DNA from: Psammoneis japonica
Lineage: Eukaryota
Direction: 5' to 3'
DNA length: 64,000 nt
Assembly (NCBI GenBank): GCA_008632985.1
Contig: QPGO01000157.1
Coordinates: 1 to 64,000 of the forward strand
The position numbers and the translations under genes were made by a program. The notes beneath the pieces are model-generated. The model worked only from the letters and a program-made list of their open reading frames with translations, ran no database searches and was not told where the DNA came from. How positions within the stretch are numbered: the stretch's first letter is position 1; every line of letters starts with the position of its first letter. This document shows, piece by piece, positions 11,855 through 25,684 of this stretch.

Positions 11855-13440
11855 ATGGATGATGGCAGCAGTGGAGACGAGAGTGGCGATGATTCTTCCC
11901 ATGACGGTTTGTCTTCGGAAGAGGAGGAGGAAGATTCATTGTTTGAAGACGAGGAGGACAAGAGCTCGCAGTTTCTGTACGAATTGACAGATCGAATCGC
12001 TTTATTTGGCGATTCGAAATGGGCGCTTTCCATGGCATTTGCTGTACTTCTTGTTGCAGTGGCTGTAGCTATTGTAACCAACGATGATGAGCTTTTTCAT
12101 GCATTCGAGACCCGGCTAAAATACCGAGCTCCCCTGGGCAAGGCCCCAGAAATTGATGATCCAATCATACATAATGCGACTGTAGGAAGTGGGAAGCTAG
12201 TTACGAACGATATCAGATCCGCCTATGCAAAAGATGGTGTCGTTGCTGTCAGGGGCCTATTGACGGACGATATGCTTCTACGACTAGAACATGCTTCTGC
12301 CCAGCTCGTTAGTGAGCAACGCATTGTTGACGAGAAGCGGAATCAGAAACGATCCAAGACACAGTTTCACATGGTTCGAATGGGAGCTGCTTTTCTTGAT
12401 CCTCCATCTTCAAATGACGAAAACGGTGAAATAGGAAAGGACAATGTCGGACCTTCTGACGATGAGAGACAAAGCCGCGATTTATCTGCATTCAGAGAAG
12501 TGGCTCTCACCTCTGCTGTACCAGAGTTTGCGGCTGATCTTCTTGGCTTATCAACTGACAAGAACCAAACCCTGCGCCTAATGAGGTGACGAAATTGTTT
12601 GTCTAATTTGTCGTGTGTTGCTCGAAGCCATCTTGTTGTTCATGCTAAGCTTTCTCTTGCTTGCGCGTTAGGGATATTTTTCTTACAAAAGACGACGAAG
12701 AGTACGTTTGTGGTTGGCACGTCGATGATCTAGGCTTCTGGCCCGCAACTGCCTCTTCTCCCGGTGTGAATGCCTGGATAGCCATCGACGATATGCCCAT
12801 TGCGAATGGGGGTGGATTCGCTCTGGCGGTAGGCTCACACAGTGCCTCATGGCGTCATGATGCTCACCGTGCAATAGGATCTACTCTTACGTTCCCGACA
12901 GAAGGATTTCAGTCAGTGGCTGACATGTTTGAGAACCGAATTGGTGCAGGTACATGTAACCTGGAGGTGGAGGCACCGCATATCCATCGACGCATGGAAG
13001 AGACCAGGCGAGTTTATGATTTGAAACGAGGAGACATCATATTTCACGAGAGATGGGTTTTTCATCGAACGGTCCCGTTTGAACGGAGTGTGGTACAAAA
13101 CCATAACCACGTCCACGACAAGGCTCTGGTATATCGAAGGTATTCCATACGGTATGGCCCGGGAAGTTCTGTAATACCCCGTGGGTATGGGACGGAATTA
13201 AGCGTTTTGTGGAACGAAGAAAACGGTGCACGTAGCGCAGATGAAGTCGCTGAGCTAGATGGACCGTGGTATCCAAAATGCTGGCCAGAAGTGAGCAAAG
13301 AGGAGATGGACCAACTAAAGAATCTCGTGGAGAACAAGATTTCTGTTGCCGAAAAGCGTCGAACGAAGAGGCAGAAGGAGATGCAACCTTACTTGAAGAA
13401 AGCCGCCAAGGCTCAACACGAACGCAGCAATCGCAGATGA
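11855..13440 (+). CDS. Phytanoyl-CoA dioxygenase (PhyH)-like Fe(II)/2OG dioxygenase with N-terminal membrane anchor; exons 11855-12585 and 12672-13440
   Basis: YAKDGVVAVRGLL, WHVDD (HxD), VNAWIAIDD and GDIIFHERWVFHRT (distal His). The 86 bp GT-AG intron joins LMR/DIFL in frame. Start codon uncertain. Confidence 0.85.
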
Positions 13441-16400
13441 CAGACACTGGTATGGGATTTCCTTCCTGTTTTCTTGAACGGTGTCATATTCAAAGACAAG
13501 CTTCGTTGACTGCACGAGATCAAACGTCGCGGGCATTATAAGAGTACCGTGATACGACTTACTGTAGCCTCTAGAGAGAGAAGCCTTGCATACTAGGTAC
13601 TGTAGAACAGAGATAGATAGCCAGAGTAGCGTTGAGTAACATTATGCCAACCGCTCCCAACATGGGAGGTCTGGTGTTGACCTAGCATAATTGAAACAGC
13701 AGGCTGTCCATCATCCGGCGACGCTCCACCAAAAGTATGTATTGTACGACAAACAAAACGGACCAGATGACTAGTGATGTCGCATTATGAAGCTCTCCTT
13801 TGTACAGAATTATTGTTATCAATATATTCTACTATCTACTCCGTGTCGTATCCACATTCTCCATGTCTAAAGAGGGTGAGTCACATTTGCCACCCCCATC
13901 AATGCAATCGGCAATGCTTCATTTCAATGTCAGCTGACCGAGTGATGTACGGTGCTCGGACACAGCAGATCTCCATCCGAGATTTGCTTCTCATTTTTTC
14001 TTCTTAGCTAGCACACACGTGTTGTCGCTGTCATCAGTTTGCAGGGAGGTCTCACACGTGTGTCACCCTTGCTGTCGCTGCTCCGTTAGGTTGTGGCCTT
14101 GTGCCATCGCATGTTCATTTGCGCTGCAAATCCCATCTTGCCTTGATCATTTTGTGAGCCTATCGAGTCTGCCTCACTTTTCTGCTCCCGCAAGCACCTT
14201 TTTCTCAGAACCAAGGCATTTTCTGAGACACAAAACAGTGCTAAAATCATCATCCCGTTTGTGCCACTGAGCTGGTTTTTGCAACAAACTTGGCATCACT
14301 GTTGAAGACTGGAGTGGCACCAGTGGCTTGCTGACAAATGGCAACATTGGCTTTTCCTGAGTGCAAATCAAATGGCTGTGCATGACCACCTTTTTGTGCA
14401 CCTGAGAACCATGGTGCCAACTGAGAGTGAAAAGCACACCACCAACAGCCTCCGAGAGGTTCAAATCATGTTTCCAGCACACCCACATCTCTCTGAGGTC
14501 TCAAAGCACATGGGTGAAGTTTGCAGCAAGTTGCCACTTGATCTTGATCCTTTCATGATGATGCCAAACACACCCAATCCAAAGATGGCATTGTTGCTGC
14601 CTCTGTTGAGAGAGCACATCCTCAAGAACATCCTCATCGCTCCCACAGACATGAGACCCTGCTGATGCCAAGTCAGTGGAATCTCCATTCAAGCAGGGGC
14701 TCCTCTTCTTGTCTGAACTCCAGTGGTTGATGATGTCTCTCATGACAGATGATGTTTGACTGCAAGAATGAAGTGGCCTTAAAGAATTGTGCTCAGAAAG
14801 TGACCATTGTCACCAGCACTTTGGAGATGCACTTTGACCCAAGCATGAAACACAGCTGCCAGGATTGGAACAAACTCTCTGACAATTCATTCCCACAAAA
14901 ATGCACATCAGCACCTCCACCTGTGACAACATCAGGCACTTCTGCAATGGCAGATTTCAAGGACCTTGTTGGTGATGAGCTTGACTGCAACTGCGCTGCA
15001 TCAAAAATGTCCCCTTTGTCCTGCACACCCAACACTGTGACATCTTTGATGCCTCTGCAATCCAAGTGTCTGTTTGATCCAGATGCTCCACCCAAGGATG
15101 TCTGCCAATGGTTTGACTGTCATGTTGTTGACAAAGCCATTTTCTCTAAACCTCATTTGTGCCATGTGACAGTGGCTGTTTGCACCATTTGCATGGTGTG
15201 GATCATCTTGTCCTTGCAAAGGGATCCCTGTTTGCAGGTGGGTCTAACTCTGGATCACCAGGCACTCCTTTGCAAGCCAAGTTTGTGACATGATGCTTGT
15301 CTCTGGTGCTTCAATTTCCAGCCTCATGCCACTGATTGTGGGTGCTGCATCCACCCCCTTTGGTGTTTCCTGCAAAACCAGACAGGAGACAGGGTTTTGC
15401 CATTGGAAATCACCCTCTCAATGATCTCTCACAATGCTGGCACATCCATTGCTTTGAGGCATTGCACATGCCATGCAAGCCATTGTCCTGTGCTGACACC
15501 ATGTTTCTCAAGAACAGCTGACCACATCAGATTGTTGCTTTCTGCCATGGACATGCCACAATTGAACAACAGGACAGATGGGCCATGTTTGATGAGTGTC
15601 AGATCCGTTGCCAGCCAGCCTCTCCTGCTTGCATCATGATCTCACAGCATCTGCAGAGACTTCAAATAATTGCATGCCAAATTTTACAAGGTGGAGCTTT
15701 TTCATCACATGGATCCAAATCTGCACCATGCATCATTTTGCATTTCAAAAATCAACATCCATTGGTGTTGTTGGTGCCACCCACATGTGGCAAGGCATGC
15801 TGTGCAATGGCATGCATCTGCTTTGTTTTGTTCCTCTTGTTCTTGTCAATTTTAGCTTGATCTGGCTGCTCTTGTTTTTGATGCATGCTCTTTTGTCACT
15901 TTTTAAGATTTTGCCATGAGCTCTGTTCTCTGAACACTGCTTTTGCACCCTCCCCTCACTCTGTGATCTGCAGTTTGCTTTCCGCATTTTTGGCACTTGT
16001 CAATGACAGCCTTTAAAACAATGTTCTTGCATGTGCACTTCATTGATGCAATGGTGAAAGGAGCAGCTTGACAACAAAGAATTTTCTCTGCTGGAGAAGA
16101 TGTCAATGTTTGATGCCAGTGTTGGCAGATTGCTGGGTGACAAAACAAAAAAAACCTCAATGAGTGCACCCATCAGCATGCAGAGTTTTGGCAGGTGATG
16201 AAGGCTGCAAACTTTTCCAGCTGTCATTTGGGGAGCAGCAAGGATGAGATGGGCTGCTCAAGTGAATTGTCTGGCAGCAGCAACAGTGACTGAGGGGAGT
16301 TGCCAGGTGGCTGCTGTGAAACTCATTTTCAAAAAACATTGTTGACGTGCAGTTTGTTTCTAACTGCACATGTGGTGTCTCATGGAAACATTGTTGTTGC

Positions 16401-17299
16401 CTTGCCAGATTGCAGATCCAGTCCAAATCCCCATCTCATTCAAAGTGTCACACAGTCATTCACAGCTCATCTGACAGAACCCCCTGGGGGTGGCATTTCT
16501 GCTTGGCGCCATCCTGCTGCTTGACTTAAATTTGTTTTGAAAAATGTCATTGACAAGCAGTTTGTTTCCAACTGCACACAGGGTGTCTCATGCAAACATT
16601 GTTGTCATCAGTTGGCAACATCCAACCAGAACAGATCCCCATCGATGCCTGTCCCATGGCAGCAATCATGACAAACAACAAGAAAGATGGCAACAGCTTG
16701 TGAACAATGGAGCTCAAAAAGAACTGTTGTCATCATGCTGCTCTCTGCTTGCATCTGAACTTTTGCTTTCTTGGGCTGTTGTCATGTTTCATGTCATCAA
16801 GTCAACAACAGGGTTTTCTTGTTTGTGTGCACCATGATGATGGTGCTGATGGCAAACATTGCACATGCAGTGACAAGCAACACAACAGCATTCAAGTGTG
16901 CTCAAAGAGAGCAAGGAGATGGGAATGCAGCCAAGACATTTTGCAAAGTGCCTGCGGTGTGCCACCACAAAAGTTGCATTGTTGTGCACCTGTTGTTTCT
17001 GACATGCAGCATCAAAAATGCATCGGTGGTCAGAGAAAGCCACTGCAATGGGCTTTGCTGTTTATGACCTTGATTGCCTTGGCCTCTCCTCACAAATCTG
17101 TTGATGCTGAAGTCTTTGTCTTGTTTCACCTTGCACTGTAATTGCAGTCAACAGAGGAATTGGATGGAAACTGGGGTTGTTCCCAACTGATTGACATTTG
17201 AAACAGAGAAAAAGAGAGCTGCAAGCAAAAACAGCAAACTGGGCCATTCAGCACAAGAAAAGGAGCGAGACAACATAATTGCCAAGAACAAGATTTGGC

Positions 17300-18600
17300 A
17301 ATCCAATGGCAACAATTGGAGAGAAAGGTGGAGCCCTCAGAAAGGACCATTGTGTGATTGCGTTTGATCTTTGACAATGAGTGAATCATTGAAGGAGCCC
17401 TGCATTGACTGTGAGGCAAAATTTGAGCATTCTCACTTGGACAGTGTAAAATTAACTCAATTGCATGATGATGGCACTGCTCATGCTAAGAAGTGTCCTT
17501 GTTTTGATGTCTTTCACGGCATTGAATTATCGCTGTTTGTTGAAGATTGAATTTGTAAGATTGCTGCAAAATTGGAGTTCACGACTGGTGCAGAATTGTT
17601 TGAAAATTTTGAAGAAGTGCTGACGGATGCTGCTGAGGACAAGTGTGGGCTGATTTGACTGATTCGATTTCAGACCCTCAGAAAATGGTGGTGTGCTTTG
17701 ATCAAGAGATGAGTTGCTTTTGTTTGTCTTGTTCTGACAATGAGGCACATGATGCAATGCTTGAATGCTTGCCAACTTTGAAAAAAACCTTTTCAATCCC
17801 AAGTGCAGGCATGTGCAGATTGCATGGAGATGTTGATGCATTGTTCAAACAAGCTCCCAGGAAACATGTCTCAAGCCAACAATGCCCAGAAGAAGAAGAT
17901 GATTTTTGACAGTTTTCCTTGACCCTGGCATGAGAAGCATGCCAGAGCTGGATGGAGATTGCCAGTTGCATGAACAACAAGAAGTTGTTTGCAGACACAA
18001 GGGAAACACCAAGAAACAACAAGATGAGAAGAGGAAAGGAACTTTCTCATCCAATCAAGCCTCAAGATGCAGCCACAGCAATGGCGCTTGTGTCAAAGCA
18101 GAGTCCAGATGCCTGGCACATTCCAGTCATTGCCACAAGTGGAAGGATTGCATCTTAAATCCTGAGAGTCAAAATTGTTGGCCAAGGACAAACTGAGGTG
18201 GATGCAACAATGGCTGTGGTGGAGGCCAAGGTGGCTGTCAAGGTTGTGGTCCACAAGGTTGTGGTGGCCAAGGTGGACACCCATGTTGAGAACAATGGAG
18301 CTGTTGTAATCAAGGTGGTTGTGGTGGTCATGGCTGTGGAGGCTGTGGTGGCCAACAGAACTTGCAAGGTGGTGATTCATGTCAGCACCAGAATCAAAAT
18401 GGCACCCAAGCCAATGGTGAATCCCAAGGCTGTGGCATTCCAACTGGACAAGCTCCTCCAGGTGGCTGGCACATCCCAATCATTGCCACAAGTGGAGGGA
18501 TTGCATCTTAAATCCTGAGAGTCAAAATTGTTGACCAAGAACAAACTGAGGTGGGTGCAACAAGTGGTGAAGGCCAAGGTGGCTGTCAAGTGCAAACTTC
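17300..18600 (+). mobile_element. Degenerate Ty3/Gypsy gag remnant with a duplicated knuckle-like/Gly-rich block
   Basis: AELFENFEEVLTDAAEDK, FDSFP*PW, SHCHKWKDCILNPESQN and a decayed GGQGG/GRG tract resemble diatom Gypsy Gag. The block at ~18110-18250 repeats at ~18465-18590. Confidence 0.6.
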
Positions 18601-19959
18601 CAAAGAAACGGGCTCTGCATTGAAACCCTCTGGAACCTGCAAACCCCATTTGTGACAGTGCAAAACTGGGTCTTGTGTGCAGGAGATTTTTGTGTCAGAT
18701 GATTTTCCATCAAGACAGATTTCTGATGCAGGGTGGGCCATTGTTGCCACCTCTCTTTGTCTCTGTGTGATGCAGTGGCAAATCTTGTTCGAAACCTTGT
18801 TGTGGAGCTCCTGCATTTTGAGCTGCAACATGGATGTGGGCAGATCTTCCAATGATGAAAAGTGGTCCACAGTTTTTCTCTGTGTGTCCTTTGGTGGTGC
18901 ATTTGGGTCATTTTTCATCATGAGCTGCACACATGCAGTTTTGCCAATGGAGGAAGACCCCACAAACCTTTGGCAAGAATGTGCTCCCACCAAGTTTTGG
19001 GGTTGTGGCCATCATGGCCACAGATCACTTGCAACTTGCAGGGGCTTGTCCTTGATGGCGCAGCAACAATGTTCTTGCTTTGAAGTGACAACCCGGCATT
19101 TTGTGGCTAAACTTGCTCATTGCAGGAACAGACAGATTTTTCTTCTTCTTGGCCTTGTTGTCATTGCAGTTGGATTTAGCATCTGGATCAAGAAATTGTT
19201 GGGCAGCTTTGAACAATGGGAAAAAATCTCCAGGAAACAACTCAAGAGCAGGAGTCAAGTGGGCAGAGGTGGTCAATGCCAAAGCTGTCTTGGACACAGG
19301 ATTGCAGTCCTTTTGGACTTGTTCTGCTTGCACAGCATTTGGAGCATGAGAGGAATCTTCTCCCATCATGCTTTGTTTTGCTTGTTGGCTCACAAAGTTG
19401 TCACAAACAAAGGCAATGAGTTGCTTGGCTTTGGGAGATGGCAGAAGCTCTGCGGCATCTGTGACAAAGTTGACTCTCTGCATGAATGACTTGGTTTGTG
19501 GAGAGAGAAAGTTTCTCAGCTCCGTGGCAATGTTGCATGCCACAACATCAAGGCAAGCACCCCGGCTGCTGCTGACAGCCATCCTGGTTGCCACCTTCTT
19601 GACCCTTGTTCCAGGAGATGGCAAGGGCGGCTTCCCCCCATTGGACATGAGGGGCCAAAAGGAGCTGAATGCAAAAGCACACAAGAGACCATGCAGCATG
19701 GCTGGCAATGAAGATTTGTGGGAAGCAAACTCAAAAGTTCAGGAGGGTGGCTGTGGACAGCAAATTGGGGCCATGTTGGAGGGAAGTTTCCCGCCAAAAC
19801 AAGAATTTCCTGCCAGTGCCTCACTCCACAACAGAAACCATCATTGCAGCACAATTTTTGACAGCTCAAACAACTGGTTTGTAGAGACACTTTGTTTTGC
19901 ATTGTCTCAGGAAAATTTTGAATCCAGTCCATTCAGGGAAATGAACTTTCTCCATCCTC

Positions 19960-20900
19960 TGGAATGAATGCTGAAAATGAGTGATTGAGCTGCCCAACCA
20001 AGTGCACTGTAAAGAGGGAGTCCAGACAACGATTCAGACACAAGCCTGCATTCATGAACTCTGTTGCTTCTTCCAGTGGAATTTGCACCCACCTGCAGCA
20101 CCTTGTCTCCAACTCAAGGTGTGTTCTTTGGTGAGTTGTTTTTGACGCGCCTTCATGGCGGGCTTCTCACAACCATCGACACAAAAGCTTTTCATCCTGT
20201 GAGCACACTTGAATCTGAGAAGACACACCCATCATGCGGCTGTCAATTGGAAAGTGTCCTTGGTCCAAACTGCTTCAGAAACAAACTTTTGGCATCTTCC
20301 TCTTCTTCAGTTGGCAAATGAAGTTTGCCAGTGGACTCAACAGTTTGTTCAAATTCATCATCATCTTCCACAACAACATCGTTCTTTGTGCTCAGCAGCA
20401 GTGCAGGAACTGTCTTCTGGCAAAGGCACTTGTGGCACATCAACTCAATTGAAAGATCTTTCAGATTGTGCATTGCATGCCAAATGAATGCACTCTTGAC
20501 TTCAGGATTGCCACTGAAAAAAGGTGGGAGTGCAGGCTTGCCTCTTTTGATTTTTGAGGGAAGTGGTCTCCCACTTGTGCCAAACATTGATGCCAATGCT
20601 GCACAGCAAGCCAGTTCGTGATGGCAATGACGCCATCCTCCTCCAGTCTTTTTGATGCATTCCAGCTCTGGGTGGGACCTTGCACTGCTGACCTGTGACA
20701 AAATGTTTTTCATCATCCGATGCATGTTTCGTGCGCACATTTCTGCGTGTTGCATTGTAAAAAATTGTTCCACGCTCTGCCTGTTTTGCGAAGCCAAAGG
20801 CTTTTTATTTTCTGCACTTGTGACAATAAAAATGCACTGGGTGTGTTCTTCAATGTCTGAAGAATGCACCCGGGCACAATGTGAACAATGCACTTCAAGT
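19960..20900 (-). mobile_element. Degenerate DNA transposase fragment (IS630/Tc1-mariner-related type)
   Basis: WVCLLRFKCAHRMKSFCVDGCEKPAMK fits the WxxxLGFxYxxxKKxYYVDGHEK motif once Tyr->Cys decay is allowed. Confidence 0.5.
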
Positions 20901-21298
20901 GTGGAGGAGGAGATGCGTTCACAAAATTGCCTCTTTTTCTGTTGGCGGTCATTTGCATTTTAATCACTGAACAATTTTGCTGCAGAGCTTGCACGCAGAA
21001 TTGTGCAGGCCAAATGTCACAAAAAGTCCCACCTGGGACTGGAGCCCATCTTTTGCAGCATGTCAACAGCACTTGCCTCAAGTCACATTGCCCTCAATCT
21101 CTTTTCCTTCCCCCTTGAGGTTGTCAAGTGCAGCCTGAAGCACTGCCATGATGTGAAGTGCACGATGCCAAATGGACACATTTTTTCACAGTCAGCAGCC
21201 AGATTCTTGTCATCCTGATCAGGCAACACTGACTTAAAGCCATGTGGATGATTGACAACAGCAGACAAAATGTCAACGCGATCTTGTGCAACTGTCTT

Positions 21299-24200
21299 TA
21301 CACAACCGTCGTCTGGGTAAACCGAGGTCGGTGCAAAAATGCTGTGCACTCAAGTCGAATCCCAACAGTCATGTCGAGGTGCAATTTGTCAACTGACAGA
21401 ATCCAACTCTTCAACTGACATCCCATCATCATCTTTTTCTTCAGAAAGATGTTGTTTCTTCTTTGCTCATTGTGCTTTGTCACTGTTGAGTGTGTCTGGA
21501 TCTGTGTTGGGTGGCATTTCGGTGTGGTCAAGTGCAGTTCTTCCAAATTTTGTCTTGACAGATCCACTTTGCAGCCACACTTCCACAGAGTCATTGCCAG
21601 CAGCTGGTGGTGGACGAAGGTGCCAATGGGGCTTGCCAACAATGACAAAAAGAAACATTTGTTGTGACAGTTTTCCACCCTTCTCAAGGCCACATGAGCA
21701 CTCCGTTTTGCACAGATTCTCACTTCGTCAGCAACAACATTGTTCTCCTTTGCAACATTTGAAATGCCACTGACACTTCCACACTGCTTTTTCAACTCTC
21801 TGCCCATGATTTGCACCCCCTCATCATTGACATTGAATTTTGCATTGTGGTGCTCTGCTGGCATCTATTGATTCTGAACGCAAGAATCCAAGAACAGCCA
21901 ATGCATGTGTTTTGATGCAAACAATTTTTGGACATCAGACATGATGGGTTTTTGCACTTCGGCCCTCAGGGAGCTTTGCAGGTGGGTTGGCAAGGTGGGC
22001 ACAGGTCGCAGTGCCAAAAGCCAAGGATTTTCAAGAAGCTGTGAACATCGTCGTTGAGCGACCAGGCACATGACAATTCTCATTCTTTTTGTTTTCCCTC
22101 CAATGAAATTAACTTCAACTTGGTGACGTGTTGTGCTGTTTGCGCAGAAATCTGCACCGAATTTCGAACAATCAATTCCAGCCACAAGCCACACCCAACA
22201 AGGAACCTGCATCCAAGGATCTGGGATCTTTGTTGGATGCCGCACGCTCGCAGCACATGCAGCAGGGACCTTTCTTCATTTCAAGATTTTTGCCTGGGTG
22301 CAGACAGACTGCACATCAAGCAGAATTTTGCTTGCCGCACTCACTCACATGCATGCACACAGGTGCTCACAATGATTGATCATGTTGTTTCCATGCGTGG
22401 TCCAGGTCAGTGGTCGGCGGTGTGTGGGATGATGAAGGTTCAATGCACCAGCAGTCACAAGATGGCGGTGGAGCACTGCACTTGTTCATTGCCTTGGCAA
22501 ACTCAAGGGACCAGTGAGGCAAGCGCGGGCACTGCTCAAGAAACTTGATCTTGCCAATCTCCATCGGAATGGAATTTAGAAGCAGTTCCCACTGATTCTC
22601 AGATCTTTTTGAACGTGCAATCCCTGAAATGCATTCCTTGCAAGCCCAAGTTCAAAATGTCAAGGACAAGCAAATCCGTTGGCTTGGAACTCTTGGGAGG
22701 GATGCATTCGCAGATGAAGTCATTTGAGCCAACATCATTCAAGCAACGCAGGTTGCCACACTCAGCTCTTTGAGAAGAAAGCATGCCGGTCGTCTCTGAC
22801 ACAATGCCTTTCCAAGCACATTCTTCTGTGTTCGACAGTCATTTGTCCGCTGAAATCCAGGCATGACAATTTTCCACGTGTGACTCTTCTTTTGCCAGAG
22901 CGTCTTTCAAAGAACAATGCATGCATCAGGATCCTTGTTGCTGGGACAGTGTGCAACAGGGAGGCAGGTGAGGCAGGCATCCCAACAGCAACACTTCTTC
23001 TTCTTCTTCTTCTTCATCATTTGGGTCAGAAGCAATGGCTGAGTTCATTGTGTCACACGAGGATCCCGAACTCGTTCAACTTAAATCCTTTGGTGGATGA
23101 GCGTCTCCAGCTCCATTGTTTCAAATTGGGACAGGCAAAGCACAATCGAGTTGCAAAAAGATCCTGATCCTTGTGCGCTTCTTTCCTAAGAAGACGCTTC
23201 CGGCTCTCACATTGCAATTCATGCCTTGCCAACTTGATTTGCTGGTGAAGGAATTTGATGCCCAAACTGTGCATCTGTTGCCACTCCTCTCTGGACAAGC
23301 CAACTTTGGCCCAACTCGCTTCGATGACAGCTTCTCCTGCTTTTTGCAAGCATTTCCCGTGAGCTTCGCATCATGGTGTTGTTTTTTCACCCCACTCTGA
23401 GCAGAAGCAGGGCTCGGTGATGTCACTGCAGGGTGGAGTGACAGTGCATGCATTTGAGTTGGAATGGCCATTCTGCTTCTGCTGTGTCTGTTGAGTCTTG
23501 CACCAGTTGCTTCTGAAGGGCTCGGTTTCTTGCAAGCACTCTCGATCCAGTTGTTCAGCCATGGCCAGAAGAGTTTCCAGCATTCGACCTGGCTGTCCCT
23601 GCAACCTTGTGATGCCGACACCTGGATGCCAACACACCAAGGCTGGATGAATCATCATGAAAAACTGCAGATTGATGAAACTGGGGTGCAAAGCAACCAT
23701 CATTGAGAACTTTGTTTCCATGCAAAGTGATTGCTGCCCTTGTCACTTGTTGTCAACAACAGCACATGGATGGCGTCGCTGCAGCATTGCTCGGTTGTGC
23801 GTCCTCCTTTCAACAATGCCACACAAGAAATCTCGGAGTTTGATGGCAGTGGCGTTGGGTTGTGCCCCATTGGGGTGAGGGTGAAGGCAGTTTCCATGGA
23901 CCTTGTTTGGCATCGCAAAAGTGCTGGCAGCAGGATCAAACAGGAGCAAGTTGTTTGAGCAAGGCTTTGCAGGACTGTCCTCCCACCCCACACGATGACA
24001 GGGGCTTCATTGCTCGGACAAATGGCAAACATGTCATGGCCCTTGTGTGGTGCATGATTCTGCATGGGCGGTTTCGATGACATCAGCTGCATTTTCCTGC
24101 TCACGCTGCATTGGTTGGAGTCACGCGTGTCCATTTCTCTTCCCATGTGCCATCTCATCGTGAGAGTCAGTGGAAATGATGAGATCGCTGACAGGAAATG

Positions 24201-25138
24201 GAGTGTTGTTGCAAGTTTCACTCTCTGCCAGCGGACCACTCCAGTGCCCACCAAACACAAAGGCATCCACACAATTGTTTGATTTGTCGTGAAGTGCCAC
24301 TTCAAACAAGGCAATGAGTCAAATGTGCAAGAGCATGTGCTGGAGTCTTGTCGTTGTTTGTGTCAAAACAAGCTCTCTTGGACAGTGCTGTGCAATCATT
24401 TGAGTTTGTCGAGATTGGTTTAAAATCTCAGGTTGACGTCATGGTGGTCCCAAAGGACCACAAGGTGCCAATGGTGCAGCATGTGCCAGACTCGCAACGC
24501 GAATGTCCACAGTCACCTTGGCATGGGAAAGTGTCAGCCCGATTCTCGAAATTCCAGAGCCAAGGCCAGAAAAAGCAACTGACAAGCACATGGCAAGGTG
24601 GACACACACCAGATGATTTGGTTCACTGCTGCCTGCATCATTTTGGCATCAAGGTTGACAAAATGTCAGGATCCACCAGCTCATGACTCAACAACAACCG
24701 CCCACCAAAGCCCTTGCCACTGACTGATGGTTTCTGCAACATCTCATTTTCTGTTCTTGCAAATGCTGCTGGTCTCAGATCAGAAGAGCACAATGCACCC
24801 AGAGTGCAAAGTCTGCAGTGTCGAAATGGAGGGATGACAACTTGTCAAGCCCACCAGTGGTCGAATGGTGGCAACACGGACCGACCCCTTTGCTGGTGAT
24901 TTGCCCTGACTGGAGCAGCTGAGCTTGCGTCATTGTCGAACAACCCATGCCCCACCTAACGCCAGAACGGTCCTTTCTCGTTTTTCGTCACATTGAGAGG
25001 AAAAAGGGAGCTGTTGCACCCATCAAATGTTTTTTTGAAACAATCCAAGGCAAGGAGAAAGAGAACGACCGGAGTGAGAGCCGACTGGCATGCGCAGGGC
25101 ACACTGCAGTTTTCGACGCAAGGGAGCAATCTGTGTAG
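21299..25138 (-). mobile_element. Probable decayed DNA transposon (unclassified); TA-free but partly CpG-retaining block
   Basis: Long interrupted protein-like minus frames and composition distinct from the flanks. Only a 6 bp inverted terminus (tacaca...tgtgta). Family not recognised. Confidence 0.3.
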
Positions 25139-25684
25139 ACTTTTTCTTTGAGTCTGTCCGCCATCAAAACTTCCCGTGCTTATACAGTAGTAGTGAGTAG
25201 TGCGAGAAAAAACAAGCCAACCATGAAGAATACATCGTTTGCGAAGGCGTATGCATTCAAGTCTGAGTTGGTATCATAGCAGTAATCTCTCTTATGGCAC
25301 TGTGTAAAGGTTATGGTAAGTTGGTATCAACGGAGACTTGCAACGACAAGGCTATTTTTTGAAACTTCAACTGACAGCACGTTTTCCATCGTTGTTGTTG
25401 CTTCCATACCGTCGGACATTGTTTGCAGTGGCCAAAATTGATGGCATCGTGTAGTGTGACAACACTTCATCAATATGTGTCATTAAGATAATCGGGAAAG
25501 GTGTCATTTGTTTCTGTTCTGGTCGAAGTGCAAGAAGTACCTTACAAAGAAAAAAATTTAAGGTGATGTTTGATTCGCCGGCAACTCCGCCATACCATGA
25601 AGAGAATCGGTAAGTCAAATGGTCGAATGACCAGCACAATTGAAAAGTCTATTATTCTTGTACATTGTTCCCTTATTTCACCCC

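Larger units (their letters stand above)
14030..25135. other. CpG/TpA-depleted hypermutated domain 2 (nested decayed transposons)
   Basis: Hand counts: 15001-15300 has 0 CG and 2 TA (both CTAA); 22021-22320 has 10 CG and 1 TA (TTAA). Confidence 0.95.

Noticed and set aside
11855..13440. The Fe/2OG dioxygenase as the DNA-modifying enzyme behind the signature
   Set aside because: Motifs are PhyH-like with a membrane anchor, not TET/JBP or AlkB. Proximity is the only link.
14174..25138. Dense overlapping 60-270 aa Cys/His-rich ORFs in all six frames (also in domains 1, 3 and 4)
   Set aside because: By-product of TA loss: TAG and most TAA stops and Tyr codons are erased, which inflates ORF length and C/H content. 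These are not metal-binding proteins.
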